A stretch of 64,000 nt of DNA from Camelus ferus. Taxonomy: Eukaryota. Shown here one piece after another: positions 25,645 to 38,910 of the stretch. The number at the start of each line of letters is the position of its first letter. Position 1 is the stretch's first letter. The position numbers were made by a program, and so were the translations under genes. Under the pieces are notes generated by a model. That model did not search any database and was not told the DNA's origin. It saw only the letters and a program-made list of their open reading frames with translations. The stretch spans positions 2,914,001 through 2,978,000 of the forward strand of contig NC_045723.1 in the NCBI RefSeq assembly GCF_009834535.1, read 5' to 3'.

Positions 25645-26880
25645 AAACTGGATCTCAGAATACTTGGTCTCAGATTTCCTATACAGTCTGAAAAATGATT
25701 AAGGATTTCTACTTTATCTCAGTATAAAAAAACTGTTAAGGACTCCAAAGAGGTTTCTTGTTTGTGTGGATTACTTCTATTAGTATTTACCATGTTAGAA
25801 ATTAAAACTGAGAGATCTTTAAAATGCAGATTTAATTTATTTAAAATAATAATAAACCCTTTCCACTTGAGATAGATAACATAATGAAAAATAGGTGTAT
25901 GTTAAAAAAAAAAACATTTCAAGATAGATTGTTTTACATTTTTACAGAGCTCTTCATAATGGCCCTCTGACTTCATATACAAATGGAGTCTCATGCCTGC
26001 TTCCGCATTCAGTCCCCTGTGACGTATGGTCTTAGTTGAAGTGTATGATAAATACGTGACCTGACACATTTATGCAGTTGCAGAAACAAGTATCTTAATT
26101 GCCTTTTTAGTTAATTATAACACCGTGCATCACTCGTTTGGAAGGTAATCGGTTCACTGAGACATGCAGAGCTTCCAAGTGTGGACACAGCTCAGTCTGC
26201 ATCATACAGACAATCTTATTCATCCCTGTAACCGCCAGTCTCATCAGGGTGTTCTCTGAATATTGTGACGCTTTCCAGCTCACAGGGCCAAAATTCTAAA
26301 TTTTGCTCAAACACTCAGATTTTACTAGTGAAAACAAATACTGCAATTGTTTTCTTTAAAGGGACAGATGCAATAAATCTTCGTGAAAATGTCTACTCAG
26401 TACCCAATGTGAATAACCATATATTGACTGTCAGTCATCATTTCAAATACAAGTGGTGTCCATGAGAAAGGAGCTGGTTTGGTTGGCATCTCAGATGCTA
26501 GCTCTTCAAGATGTACCTCCATTCTGCCACGCAGTATTAAAAAGGCGTGTGCTCAGGGGTTGAGATTTAGTAAAATTAATATTTATTACTGCTTAATCAG
26601 TAACAATTTTTTTTTAACTGCAGGTGCATGGCAGTGGCAAAGACAGTGGCTAGGAGTGGCAAAGACAGTGGCAAAGACAGTTTGACACCCACTGCCTTAC
26701 TTCTAGTGAAAGGGTTAGCACTTTAACCTGCCATTGCTTTTGCTGACCATCAGTGCTGATGTCAGCACAGCGAAAAAGGTGCAAAGAGCATCTGCCAGTG
26801 TTAGAAACATAGTTTTGACACCTGAAAAGACCTCTGAGATTCCCAGGGGTCCATGAATCACCCTTTAAGAACCACCATTA
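25645..26880. mobile_element. Charlie1-type hAT DNA transposon remnant (boundaries approximate)
   Basis: gactccaaagag...tatttaccatgttagaaattaaaactgaga..., internal cagtggcaaagacag repeats and terminus ggggtccatgaatcaccctttaagaaccac. Confidence 0.6.
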
Positions 26881-28092
26881 CAAAAACGACATAGAATTAT
26901 TGAGGGCCTTAGTGATACCCCTGGGGCATTAGAACATCCTAAAGTGTTTTCCGAGTCATCAGAGCTTAAATTAGTTATTTGGAGGGAATATATGTATAGC
27001 ATATAAAGTGTCTATCAATTACTCAGAACTGTTTATTTAAAAAGAAACTTGTTTACCAACCGTTTGGGAGCAATCGAACATGTAGACATTGACAGAGAAG
27101 AATTTTCGATGTAAGAAAAAAAAATTTGCCTTTAGAAGGGAGAGTTAAAAAGTAGTGTGCTTCACTAAGTCTGTTGACTATGAAGTTATGTTTGTAGAGT
27201 CATGCTAATGCAAGTAAATAGATCTGAATATATTAACCCTAACTCTGCCACGTGGAGTAGAAAATCATGCAAAACTCACTCTCCTTCCACTTGTTAGCAG
27301 AGCCCTGCAGAGCCATGGACATTTAGACCCAAATGTTACTGACTCTTCCTTTAAAAAGTTTAACCTTAATGTTGCTTGAAATCAAACGATATAATCTTAT
27401 ATATGAACTATGATTTTTTTAAAATAAGAAAACAAATTTTTAATCTTATCTATGACTGTCAGAAAGTCATATTTTGGTCATTCAACTAAGCTATTTTTGA
27501 ACTTAAATGATGAAGTATTTATGAAACAATAATTATGGGCTTAGCTTTCAAAATGAAATTCAAAGATAGATTGATATGAATTGGAGATATTTTTGCGAGT
27601 AAAAAAGTACGCTGCAACCTTAAGACCCGCCAGCTGCTGCCCTTCCGAGGGGTAGAGCAGGAGGGCGGTGACTGGGTGGGCTGGCATCGCGAGGACCGTG
27701 GGGAGCTGGGTGTCACTTCCACAGCTGTTTGCTTTGTGCTGAGCCACTCGTCTGTTAGGTCTGTGTCCCTTTCTGTGTGTGTGTTTTGCAAAATTTTGAA
27801 AGTTAAAAATAAGAAGATCTATATGGGAAAACAAGTGCTTAGTACAAGCACGAAGACTTTGGTGACCTGGAGAACAAAGCCCCTCTGGGGACTTAATGCA
27901 GAACATGAAATGTCGTCCCCGGTGGTCCAGCTCTGCTTGCCAGCTCTCCAGTGTCTCGGCCATGAGGGGGAGAATTCCGCATCTGGTTAATCAATTTGAG
28001 GAACTAATCCTGGGCTATGAATGGAGTGAAAGGGAAAACATTCTTCCAGAGAGTATACTAATGACCCCTGTTTGTTTCCCCAATGATTCAAG

Positions 28093-28244
28093 GCTCATCC
28101 ACTGCAGAGTTCCACGGGATTTACAGAGGGCCTCTCCCGAAATTTAATTTTAAACCTAATTTTAAAACCCGGAGAAAAGAAGTCCGTCAAAGTAAAGTTT
28201 ACTCCAGTTCACAACAGAACTGTTTCTTCCCTAATCATAATCAG
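28093..28244 (+). CDS. TMEM131: TMEM131 exon 15: AHPLQSSTGFTEGLSRNLILNLILKPGEKKSVKVKFTPVHNRTVSSLIII(R)
   Basis: atgattcaag|gct ... atcag|gtatgt; 152 nt. Confidence 0.95.
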
Positions 28245-28642
28245 GTATGTTCTGTGATTTAAGTGTGGGTTGATTTTTAATACTTATATAGAGTCCTTAC
28301 TTGATTTGTTTCAATGTTAGTTTGCATGTCTAATTTATGAAATAGGGTATTCATTTTGTCCAAAATACATGTGCATACACCACACCTGATGAAGCATACC
28401 ATTGTGATTATGTTCTTAGCTGAGACCTGAATAGTGTCTTATTGTACCATGTGTGACTCTTAAAAGTGAAAAATTCTTACTCTTCTCTATAAGTATTTTT
28501 AAATGTTTGACATGTAAATGTTTTACTTTTAAATTTAGTGTATTAATTTCTATGTGGTTTATGAAGTAACAGTAAAAACTACAGGCTAAAATATTGTGCA
28601 TATTTAATGGAAGGAAAATCTGCGATTCTTGTTCTTACGTAG

Positions 28643-28785
28643 AAATAACCTGACTGTGATGGATGCTGTGATGGTCCAGGGACAAGGAACAACCGAGAAC
28701 TTGAGGGTGGCAGGCAAGCTTCCGGGTCCAGGGAGTTCCTTACGCTTTAAAATCACAGAAGCATTATTAAAAGACTGTACAGATA
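28643..28785 (+). CDS. TMEM131: TMEM131 exon 16: NNLTVMDAVMVQGQGTTENLRVAGKLPGPGSSLRFKITEALLKDCTD(S)
   Basis: gttcttacgtag|a ... gata|gtgagt; 143 nt. Confidence 0.96.
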
Positions 28786-29223
28786 GTGAGTATTCCTAAT
28801 GGATCCAAGGGCACAAATTTCAGCATTTGTTTCCAACAGTAAATAATTCCAAAAAAAAAGAGCAGTATCTCTGTGTGTACACATGGGTATGTTAGTGATG
28901 GTTCCTTAATCTTTTAAGGGAACACCCTGACTTGCTTTCAGAGTTGTTTGGTTTGGATCTTAAAAGATTTGAAGTGTTAATATTCATTGCACACTGTAGA
29001 TAATTTACTCTGTGAAAAATAAGGCATAATTAAACATGTGCCATCAAAGATGACTTACCAACGTGGAGTGCTTCCTGATGAAATCTGGGTCATGGCTGAT
29101 CTCTGTGGCCTAAGGAGCCAGTTCATAATCTCTGGCACGCATTCCTGAAGAGTGTATTATAATCGCTTGGACCTGACGCACAGGACGGCAAGAGTTTACA
29201 CTTAACTCACTTTTTTCCTTCAG

Positions 29224-29410
29224 GTTTGAAACTAAGAGAACCAAATTTCACATTGAAAAGAACATTTAAAGTAGAGAACACAGGACAACTTCAAATTCAC
29301 ATAGAAACCATTGAAGTCAGTGGGTACTCGTGCGAGGGCTATGGCTTCAAAGTTGTTAATTGTCAAGAGTTTACACTAAGCGCCAATGCTTCTAAAGACA
29401 TCATCATACT
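29224..29410 (+). CDS. TMEM131: TMEM131 exon 17: LKLREPNFTLKRTFKVENTG...NASKDIII(L)
   Basis: ttttccttcag|gt ... atact|gtaagt; 187 nt. Confidence 0.96.
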
Positions 29411-30530
29411 GTAAGTATTTTCTCTTAAGATAATGAGCTATCTCAGAAGATAACGAGATCATTTTCTCGTAAGATAACTTCTCATTAACTTTTTATACTA
29501 CAGCTGTCAAACTCTGTGCTAAGATAGGTTTCATACTGTTAAAACAGGCTGCACCTATTGCCGACGTAGGCAATAAAACTGTCTTCTGACCAAAGTTTAG
29601 AGAAACTGCACACCATGGAGAAACAGCACGTGTGTGACTCAGGGTCTGCCCTGCCACTGTGACTGAGCCCACGGTCAGTCACAACCCTGAAAATAACTGA
29701 AACTGGTTTTGAAGACTATCTGATTCACTCTGGAGATAGAGTTTCACAATTTTGAAAACAAAGATATGAAGAAATAACCAAAGATAAAGTGAAAAAAAAT
29801 CAAATGAAAACATCTGTGGATAAAGACCTTTCTCCAAACTTTGGTCAGAAGACAGCTTTATTACCTGCATCGGCAATAGTTGCAGCCTGTTGTAACAGCT
29901 GACAACTTGTTATAAAGTTTATGTAATAAAATGTAACCTCTGTCCCCTTAACTGAACGGTAATTTTGTGATCTTCAGTGGACATTTACTTAATCAGTGAC
30001 CACGTTACTCCATGTAGGAAGTAATGCTTGGCACCTGGAGGCACAGTGAGGCGTAAGGCACCTTTCCTCAAGGCGCAGATCCCGCGGTGTAGAGCTTACA
30101 GTTCACAAAGCAGAAGTCAACATAAAACAACGGGCAGGAAGCAGTACTGCAGGAGATGAATGTCAGCAGGGCTGGGATGGTTTTCTTAAAAAAAGGGAAA
30201 AAAGGCATTGTTAGGGATGTATCATGGGGGGAGAGTGTGGATTATATAAAGGGGGTAGAGGGAAAGAAGCTCGGAGACTACTTTCTGAAATAATAATTGT
30301 GGGAAGTTGATTATTATTCTTTTTTATGTAATTTTTCCAACTAGCCAATTAGGATATAGTTGCTTTTATTATTAACCACATAGCACAAGATCTTGTCCAT
30401 CTTAAAATGAGAAAGTCGAATAAAAAGTATGCAACTCTGAAATTCTATGTTATGTTTCAAAGGCATTATGTTTAAACTGCCTGCGGTCTATTTTTAAAAC
30501 GTAGTCTTACTGCCAGTCGTTCTGTTTCAG

Positions 30531-30716
30531 GTTTACTCCTGACTTCACAGCTTCTAGAGTTATCCGTGAACTGAAGTTTATCACAACCAGTGGCTCTGAG
30601 TTTGTGTTTGTGCTGAACGCGTCCCTTCCGTACCACATGCTGGCCGCCTGTGCGGAGGCCCTACCCAGGCCCAACTGGGAGCTGGCTCTCTACATCATCA
30701 TCTCAGGGATAATGAG
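30531..30716 (+). CDS. TMEM131: TMEM131 exon 18: FTPDFTASRVIRELKF...RPNWELALYIIISGIM(S); start of the transmembrane segment
   Basis: tctgtttcag|g ... atgag|gtactt; 186 nt. Confidence 0.96.
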
Positions 30717-31507
30717 GTACTTGTGTCTTCTTCCCAGGCCGGCACTTAGGCATCACTTGACACTGTTCATCGCTCGCCAGGCAGTGTTCTGAGAGCTGGG
30801 TTCCACCAACGCGCAGCACAGACAGACCTCTCTGCCTTAGTCAAGCTTACACACAGCCGTGGGAGCAGTCAGAACTGAACTTCATGGGTGGCAAATACAA
30901 TAAACCAAAGTCTTTTCTGCCTTTGAAATTTGTTATACAAATTAAGTACAGGTCAATTTCTTTAAAAAAGCACTCATAGTTTACCAGGCCATAATTTGAT
31001 CTGGGCATATATAATTTACTCAACATAATGCTTTGTTCTTCTTGAATTATACCTAAGCAACATGAAACTGAAAATGTGAAAATATCTTAAAAACCTTCAG
31101 CATCCTCATCTTTTTTCAGTATATTTATGTATGTGCTTTGAGAATGAGATAAACTCACCTCTGAATTACTTGACATAGGTTACCCTGTACATCCTTTAAG
31201 GGAAAAGAGTTGACCTAGAGAGTTAGAACTAAAAAAGATAAGAGCTGCTGCTTGGTAAAAGGAAAAGTATCCTCCGGTGTCTGTTGTGATACACGTAATT
31301 ACTTCCTCCATTAGCCTCCGTGTGAGTTGGCATTTGACAAAAGTCAGTGTGCAAACTTCCATTTGTAATGCTTCCTTGTCCTGTCACAGGCATCTTGTTT
31401 TTTGTATCATATTGTACTTTGCCAAGAAACTCTGCCTTTAACATCATATTTTGTTACTCTTGCACTAACAAGTGAACCCCGATTCTCCACCTTGTGTACC
31501 CCTGCAG

Positions 31508-31666
31508 TGCACTGTTTCTTTTGGTAATTGGAACAGCCTATTTAGAAGCTCAAGGAATTTGGGAGCCATTTCGAAGGCGATTATCCTTCGAGGCCTCGAA
31601 CCCGCCCTTTGATGTGGGAAGACCGTTTGATCTCAGGAGAATCGTTGGTATTTCATCTGAAGGAAA
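31508..31666 (+). CDS. TMEM131: TMEM131 exon 19: ALFLLVIGTAYLEAQGIWEPFRRRLSFEASNPPFDVGRPFDLRRIVGISSEG(N)
   Basis: acccctgcag|t ... ggaaa|gtatgt; 159 nt. Confidence 0.96.
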
Positions 31667-32053
31667 GTATGTTCACCTGCTGGAAATAAATTCCCTAATA
31701 TGCATAGATTTGGCCAGTGTAATTAAAAGAAATAAGTTTTTTCTTTTCATCTGTGCTGGAATGGGGGATCTTAATAAGACCCTGTGTGTAGTTCTCAGTT
31801 ACTAAGGACTCACAGCAAATACCATGTTTTTATTATAGTGATGATGGTTAAAATATTCTTAGTTAGATCAATGACTCAATTCCTCAGTTTTCAGATAGAG
31901 CAGACCCAAAAGAATTGTGAAACGTATTCTGTTACTCGCTGTTGTTTCCTCAGGGAAGTTCACATTGGTGGTGGCTATACTAGTGAAATAATTTTTTTTA
32001 ACCTTAGATGTTGTAAGTTGCTATTACTGATGTGCAGTTGGTCCTTTTTTCAG

Positions 32054-32634
32054 CTTGAACACACTCAGCTGTGACCCTGGTCACGGCAGGGGTTTCTGTG
32101 GGGCAGGAGGCACGGCGTCCCGACCTGGTGCAGGGAGTCACAAGCAGTGTGGCCCGTCCGTCCACCCACACAGCGGCCACAGCAATAGAAACTCAGCTGA
32201 CGTGGAAAACGTCAGAGCCAAAAACAGCACAAGTACCTCTAGCAGGACTAACGCCCAGTCAGCCAGCAAAGCCAGCCCCCTAGTCTTAGATTCAAATGCA
32301 GTGGCCCAGGGGCACGCGGCCGGCAGGAAGTCCAGAGGGGCCAGGCAGAGCCAGCACAGCAGCCAGCACCATGGCCACAGTGCGCTGGAGCAGCAGTCCC
32401 CACCACCGCCACCACCAGGGCCTCCGCACCAGGACCCCCAGCCCGAGAGACTGTCGCCCGCACCCCTCGCGCACCCTCCCCATCCAGAACACGCCAGCAG
32501 CACGAGGCACAGCTCCGAGGACTCGGACATCACCAGTCTCATAGAAGCCATGGACAAAGACTTCGACCACCACGACTCCCCGCCCCTCGAAGTGTTTACA
32601 GAGCAGCCGCCATCGCCACTGTCAAAAAGCAAAG
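32054..32634 (+). CDS. TMEM131: TMEM131 exon 20 (large Ser/Pro/His-rich cytosolic exon): LNTLSCDPGHGRGFCG...EQPPSPLSKSK(G)
   Basis: cttttttcag|c ... aaag|gtaatc; 581 nt; coincides with ORF 32055..32666. Confidence 0.96.
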
Positions 32635-33000
32635 GTAATCACCCATTCCCGAAAGCCAGTACGTAATTAAGGGGCTTTCGTGATTGTCATTGTGATAAAC
32701 AATTAATGTACGTTCTTCTGGCTCAAATATGTCTCTGCTGTTAGACTTCAGCTTGTCTGTCTGAAGACGCAAATAGAGGTACCCGTCTGTCATAAAAGGT
32801 ATTTTTGTTCCTTAGGTTGCTTACCAGATTCAGAAATTGATTGGACTTGTCCCGTTGTCCTTGTCAGCTGCCTGTGATTATTGTGTGGTAGCAGGTTGAG
32901 CTTTTTTTTTAATTGTTAAGATTTTTGACGTAGTGGTAAAAATGGAGATCATCTGCCTTTTAACTCAAAACTAGGATTCCTGCACACCTGTGCTTTACAG

Positions 33001-33173
33001 CAGGCGTTGGCAAGCTGCAGCGGGTGGGCCAGGTCACGTCTGGTGCCCCAGCCGTGCTCGTTCACTTCCACGTTGCCTCTGGCTGCTTTTGAGCAGCGGC
33101 AACAGGGACCCTAAGGTCCACAAACCTGAAAATATTTACCGCCTAGCCCTTTACAGAGAGTTTGCTGACCCCC
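33001..33173 (+). mobile_element. MER58A (hAT-Charlie MITE)
   Basis: caggcgttggcaagct...gctcgttcacttccacgttgcctctggctgctttt...aaacctgaaaatatttaccgcctagccctttacaga...tttgctgacccc. Confidence 0.8.
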
Positions 33174-33192
33174 ACTTCAGAGCTCTTCATAC

Positions 33193-33730
33193 TATGTTAG
33201 TTATCTGTTTCTCCAAAAAAAGATTACCCTGAAACCTAGTGGCTTCAGACCCCACCACTTACCCCAGAGTTTCAGGGGTCAGCGTCTGGGTGCAGCTTAG
33301 CCAGGCTCTCAGGCTCCCACAAGCCTGCAGTCAGGGCGCTGGCCGGGCTGAAGTCTCCTTCAGGTTCAGCTGAAGGTGGATCTGCTCCAGGCTCACTCAG
33401 GCAGTTGATGTGAGGATTCAGTTCCGCACAGCCTGTCCCACTGAGGCTCTCAGTTCCTTGCCGACTGTGGCCAGCAGTCTGCTGGGTCCTCTCCACGGGG
33501 CAGCTCAAAGCGGTTGGCTTTACCAGAGCCAGCAAGCAAGAAGACAGGAAAGAGAACAGGCTGACAGGACGGAAGTCACAGTCTTCTGTGACCTACTCTT
33601 GGAAGTGACGTCCCATCACTTTTGCAGTGTTCTCATTAGAAGTGTGGTCCAGCCACACTCCAGGAGAGAGAATCCCATGCGAGCGTACGGTGGGGACCTG
33701 TGCGAGGCGTCTTAGAAGTCTGCGCACCGT
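33193..33730 (-). mobile_element. MLT1F/G/H-type solo LTR
   Basis: tgttagttatct...ttaccctgaaacctagtggctt...ggaagtcacagtcttctgtgaccta...ttggaagtgacgtcccatcacttttgc are MLT1 antisense motifs. Confidence 0.7.
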
Positions 33731-36629
33731 ATGTGCGTAGGCAGGCTCCTTTAACTTCCAAAGTCAAGATATGAAAGACAGTAAATGGCCTCTGGCTGTA
33801 TTGCATTTTCATTCCTGTACAGCCTGAGCTTCTTTGCATCTTCCTTCCTCTCCGGTGGCAGCTGCGCTAATGCACATCACCTGAGCCTATTCAGGTGCCT
33901 CCCTCACTGACGGACAAAGGAGCTTTTGCCTTTGGTTTACACAGGGAACAGGGAACGCGGCAGCCCCGAGAGGCCAGAAGAAGCCTGACGTTCCAGAGTC
34001 CGAGAGTTCTCAGAGAATTTCTTAGTCCCAGTGATGTGAAGACTCGTCTTGTAGAGCCCTCTTAGAATTACGTGCTTCTGGATTTGTAGAACAGTAAAAT
34101 GTCTTGAATGTTATTTAACTTCTTCCACAGAAATCTTTTTTGTTGTTGTTATCTCATTATTAATAGAGGTTACATGTTTTAGAGTAATTTTTATAATAAT
34201 TTAAATGAATGCTTAAAGTTCCTTTTTTAATTAGATCAGGTTATATAGTGTGTTTTTCCCTTACTGAGAGCATGAGTAAAATAAGCATTATTATCCTTTC
34301 TTACCGCAAGGAGACGCCTTGGCAGTCAAGGTGAAAACCTCGTTGTTTGCATCTAAGATAGTCTTCCAACATCAGTGCAATGGGGCCGTTTTTATTTTCA
34401 AGGTCATTCATCTGCAACATAAATTTAAAACTTTTTAAATGTATTTTAATTTTCACAGTAGTCCTAGAGTCGACCTACCAAAAGATGTTTAATGATGGAG
34501 CTTGGGTACCACGTTATCAGTGATTCTTGAGCCCACGAGGAGACAGTGATCACAAGTGTCACATGAGCAGCCACCCCACTTGTTACCCTTCCCACCGCTG
34601 CTGTTTGGAAACAAGGAAGAAGCCAGATCTTTTTATTTTTTCTTCAAAAAGTGTTTTTATTGAAGTATAACATATATAAAGAAAACCAGTCTTTTAAATG
34701 AACTTTAAAAGATGGGCATTAATCTTGGGGTTGCAAAATACTGGTATATCATAAAAGCTTAGGCTTTTAGCTGGGGAGAGCTTTTATGATCTCTCTAAAG
34801 CTTCCCCCCACACCCCTGCTGAAATAGTCATGGTTACACTGAATATAAACCTTTGCAGAAGCACCCTGTTCTCTCCCCCACCCCCAGTATTTCACATGTA
34901 AAGAAGTCTTCCTTTGTGATGAGCTTCAGTAATGTCTAACTTTTGGAGACTATTCAGAAGGACCTCTCTTCAAATGAATGTGCTCTCCGTAGGCCTTGCG
35001 CTCTGCAGGCGGTCCGCTCACATGGCTAGTCATCCCTCCGGTCACTGTTCCTCACGGAAGATGGCACCCAGAAGTGCCCTCTGGTCGTGGCTGGCCTGAG
35101 CAGGGCCTTTGCAGCTGGACAGTCATTAGATTCTCTAGTTTTGTGGTTTCTCCTCCCATCACACGTGAGCCCTGGGGACTGGACAGAGGTGATGGCTGGG
35201 CTGAGGGTTAAAACCCGGAAAGCTTTGAGCATGGTGCCGCCGTTCTCAGTGTCTGCATTAACTGCAGAAACGTGGACTCTGCCGCCCGCCCTGTCTCTGC
35301 CCTTGGCAGTCGGAGGCGCAGCTGTCTCTAGGGGAGGGGGTCACAAGGCCGGGCTCTATCTTCGGGCAGACCCAGGTCAGATCCTGGCTCTACCACTTTC
35401 TAACTGTGTGATCTGGAGACACTTACTTCTCTGAGCCTTTGTTTGTTATCTTTAAAGGGGAGAGAATAGCTGTTTCTCACTTGGTAGGGTGTGGGCACTA
35501 CTGTGATTTTTTGGGCAGGAAATGGTGCTTGCTGTCGTTAGCCAACTGAGTTGAAGGTGGCTGTGGAACGTCCCGGCAGAGAGGCCTGCTTGGAGCTTGG
35601 TCTGGGAGTGAGAAATGGGATAAGCAGAGAGACCTGGGAGCTCACGGCCTCTCATAGAACCCTCGGGAACTGCGGGTGTTAGACTGCAGGTGTTCAGGGA
35701 GGTAGAGAGGCGTATGCCCTGTGATTTGTCAGCATCTCGCATGTGGTCAGTTTCAGGTGTGCCACCTGAAGTTTCCTCGTCAAGTTTTGTTTCCAGACGA
35801 GTCAGGGAGAAAAAAGCTTGAAAGCTTTTTGGATTTCAGAGTGATTGGTAAGAGATTGTCCACCTGACCTGTACCAGGCCTGGGCCCGGGTGATGGGAGG
35901 TTGAGAGTTCAAGGGCGTCCGTGAGTTGGTGCTGGGCCCCCCCCAGGAAGACTGGGACTCTGCAGGCTGCGCTGCTGAGGTCGGGCAGAGCACATGGGCC
36001 TGCGGTGTGTGTGTCGAGGGTCCCAGGGGCCTAGATCTGATCAGTCACCCCTCCTGCCTTCTGGGCCGCCTGCCAGGGGAACAGACAGACTAGATGCAGA
36101 GCTGGAATTAAAAGTCCACCCTAAACGCTCTTCCCTCCAGGGCGTCTGCTGAGTTGCAGTAGGATTGCTTTTGAATACCCATGATATTTTATTTCTAGAA
36201 TAAACAAATCCAAAATCTGATTGAATGTGATACTTTTATGAAAACCCTAAATGATTGCACTCTGTACGCTATGTAGAGTTTCAGCCGTGCAGCCTTTTTT
36301 CTTAGTCCTGTGTACCTTACTGGTTCTGCTTGGTGCTGCAAATGGTACATACAGCCATCCAGGGATACCAGGAAAAACTAGGACAAAGGAGAGCGCGGGT
36401 CTGCTCAGAGATTCATTATTAACACCTTCCTGGGATAAATGTGAAGCTTTTTTCATTTAAGTTTAAATAAATTCTTTTCTACCTTCTAGCGGACTGTATC
36501 TTCACAATCTAATAAGCACAGTATTAATAACACAACATAATGCTTGCTATGCATTTTTGAAAGCAATATTTACTTCAGCTTGAACTCCTGAAGAGTTTTC
36601 TTCATGTACATTTTCTGTTATGTTTTAGG

Positions 36630-37059
36630 TTTTACAAAATTATGACAGAAAAATATGATCCCACTGTGATTACGTCTTCATTCTCAGGAAAACCAGATTA
36701 TACGACCAAGGTGTCATGATAGATATTTTAACATAATAGATTCCAAAGTTTGTTTTTGCTTGTTTTCATTCTGGCTTCAGTCTGACAAACATCCTAACCA
36801 TTCTTTTTAAAACACGGGTCAGTGACTGCCTTAGGCTTTGCAGGCCGTTTATTTCCGGGGCAGCCTGTTCAGCTGCGCCGTGTGGTGTGCGGGGAGCAGA
36901 GTAACAGACCAGGGGGCTGCGTCCCGGCAAACCTGGACTCAAAGAAACAGGACTGGATTTAGAATGTCAGACCCATCTGCTCAGACCGAGGGGGCTATGT
37001 GAATGAAATATTTTTTAAATTAAATAAAGTGAAAGAAGTCTATGGTCCAGCCCGTTTCT
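36630..37059 (+). repeat. Copy 1 of a ~430 bp intragenic direct duplication
   Basis: Aligns end to end with 51959-52378, with about 20 substitutions and one short replaced segment. Confidence 0.95.
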
Positions 37060-38234
37060 GGACTTGGGGCAGCAAATCTCAGAGCAGGTCACATTGTTGG
37101 TGTATTTCACTCTTCACAAAGGCACAAAACTCACTTCTGGAGCTCAGCAGACACTGGCTGAGCTCTGGCCTGTGCTGGGCACAGCAGGCACTGAGGCTGG
37201 AGAGCTCAGCGAGGCCTGATCTCCACCCTTTGGCTGCTAAGACTGTATGAGGGGTGGAGCCAAGGGGGCACGTGGTGACCACAGTCAGCTCACATCCTCA
37301 GCCGGGAGTCTGCTGGATGGTAGTGGGCGTGGGCAGACAGAGGCGAGTGGCCTTGAGGACAGTCCATCAGGCAGTGGTGTGATGCCTGAGGAACCTGTCA
37401 CCCATGCTGGGTGTACTCCGCCTTTGATCACGGCTGGACACATAACTCTGAGTTTTACTAAGCTTCTCCCTGCAGTTGTACTGTCCTTATTTGGATAGGT
37501 TTGTTTTTATTACTGATTATGCACTAGTTAAGTCATGGTTCCCATCCAGCTAGGAGAACTTCGGTCTCCTCCAATGAGTTAGTTTATCTCTGAGAGGGCT
37601 GTCTCCCTCTGAATTCTGATTCCTACTCCTCGGGGTCCCACTCTTTCTTCTGTGTCCTGGCAACAGCGTGGAGGTGGGAACTGGTGCTGTGCAAACTGAG
37701 TGTTCCCCAAGGGGTCAGGGTCGGGCATAAGGACGTGGTCAGACAAGCAGACCTGGAAAGACAGATGGACGGTAAAGGAGTTTGAACCTTATCCTGTAGG
37801 AAACAGATAGGATCAAATTCTTATTTTTAAAAAGTGTTTCAAAAAGAAAGCAGTGCCGTTGGCAGTGTGGAGGGTTTAGGAAGAGGGGCCGGTACAGTGG
37901 GCCTGGCAGCAGGTGCAGTCTGGGTGGAGACGTGGCAGTGGGGCTGAGGTCAAAAAGGTATTAGAGATTTCAGAGATAGAATCCATTTGATTGATTGATG
38001 GTGAAACAGATCATTTCATCCAGGTGACTCAGAACTGCCCCAGTTCGATTCTGTATTTCAGGTACCTTTTCCTCCTGAGACTCCCACGGGATGTGCATGC
38101 ACAGAGGCCGTGAGAGATGGGAAACGAGGCGGCGTCACTGTCAGCAGATCTTGTACCTGTGGTGCCCAACATAAGGCTCTCATAAATCTATGTGGGATTT
38201 CCAGCCTAAGGCAAGGGTTTGCATACATTACAGC

Positions 38235-38372
38235 CACCCAGAGGGCTTGTTGAGACCAATTGCTGCCCCCCCCCCCCCCGAGTTCTGGTTTAGTACGTCT
38301 AGAGTGGGGCCTTAGAATTTGCATTTCTAATGAGGTCCCTGCTGGTGTGGGAGAACACTTTGAGAACTGCTG
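38235..38372 (+). mobile_element. MER5A 3' part
   Basis: gagttctggtttagtacgtctagagtggggccttagaatttgcatttctaatgagg...cactttgagaactgctg. Confidence 0.7.
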
Positions 38373-38740
38373 ATCTAACAAAAAAATTTAAAGGGTCTCT
38401 TGTTTCCCAAAAGCCCAGTCTTCCTACTGGAAACCAGCTTATGAGGAAGAGAAGAGACCCCTTGGGAACAAGCTTGCCTGAGAAGTCACTTTCTTACATC
38501 AGCCCCCCTCCCAGTGCCAAGAGGGAGGCAGGGGCCACCGCGGAGTGTGCAGCCTCCCAGGGGGCACAGGCCCTGTCTTCCGCAGTCTGTTCTCGCCAGA
38601 TGAGTAGCCCTTTCTCAGGGGAAAGTGCACTCTCCTCTCCCGCCGACTTTTGAACTTAGGAACAGAAGCAGCAGAAGAAACAGCATGTGACAGTGAGGTT
38701 GCTCAGAGCCTGGGTGAGTGGGTTGATGTCGATACTGTAG

Positions 38741-38910
38741 AGCAGTGATTCTCAGCCTGGCCGCACAGTCAAACCGCCAGAGGAGCTTGTTAAAAAGATA
38801 CCCACACCTGGGTCCCACCGAGAGCCACTTCACTGGAATCTCTCAGGGTGGAGCCCACAGCAGCTTTTGTTAAAAGCTTCCTAGGTTATTCTAAAGTGCA
38901 AGAACCGTTA
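38741..38910. mobile_element. MER5-family MITE
   Basis: tagagcagtgattctcagcctgg...gagcttgttaaaa...tgggtcccacc...aaagcttcctaggttattcta. Confidence 0.6.

Noticed and set aside
32138-32632. Antisense and alternative-frame ORFs over the large TMEM131 exon (also 41498-41719 and 52437-52733)
   Set aside because: These are shadows of GC-rich coding sequence with no independent start context, splice structure or recognisable product.
36629-36710. RAP/RAS-like exon (EKYDPT motif in FYKIMTEKYDPTVITSSFSGKPDY)
   Set aside because: Only six residues match; the flanks show no G1 or G3 motifs, and copy 2 has a stop in this frame.
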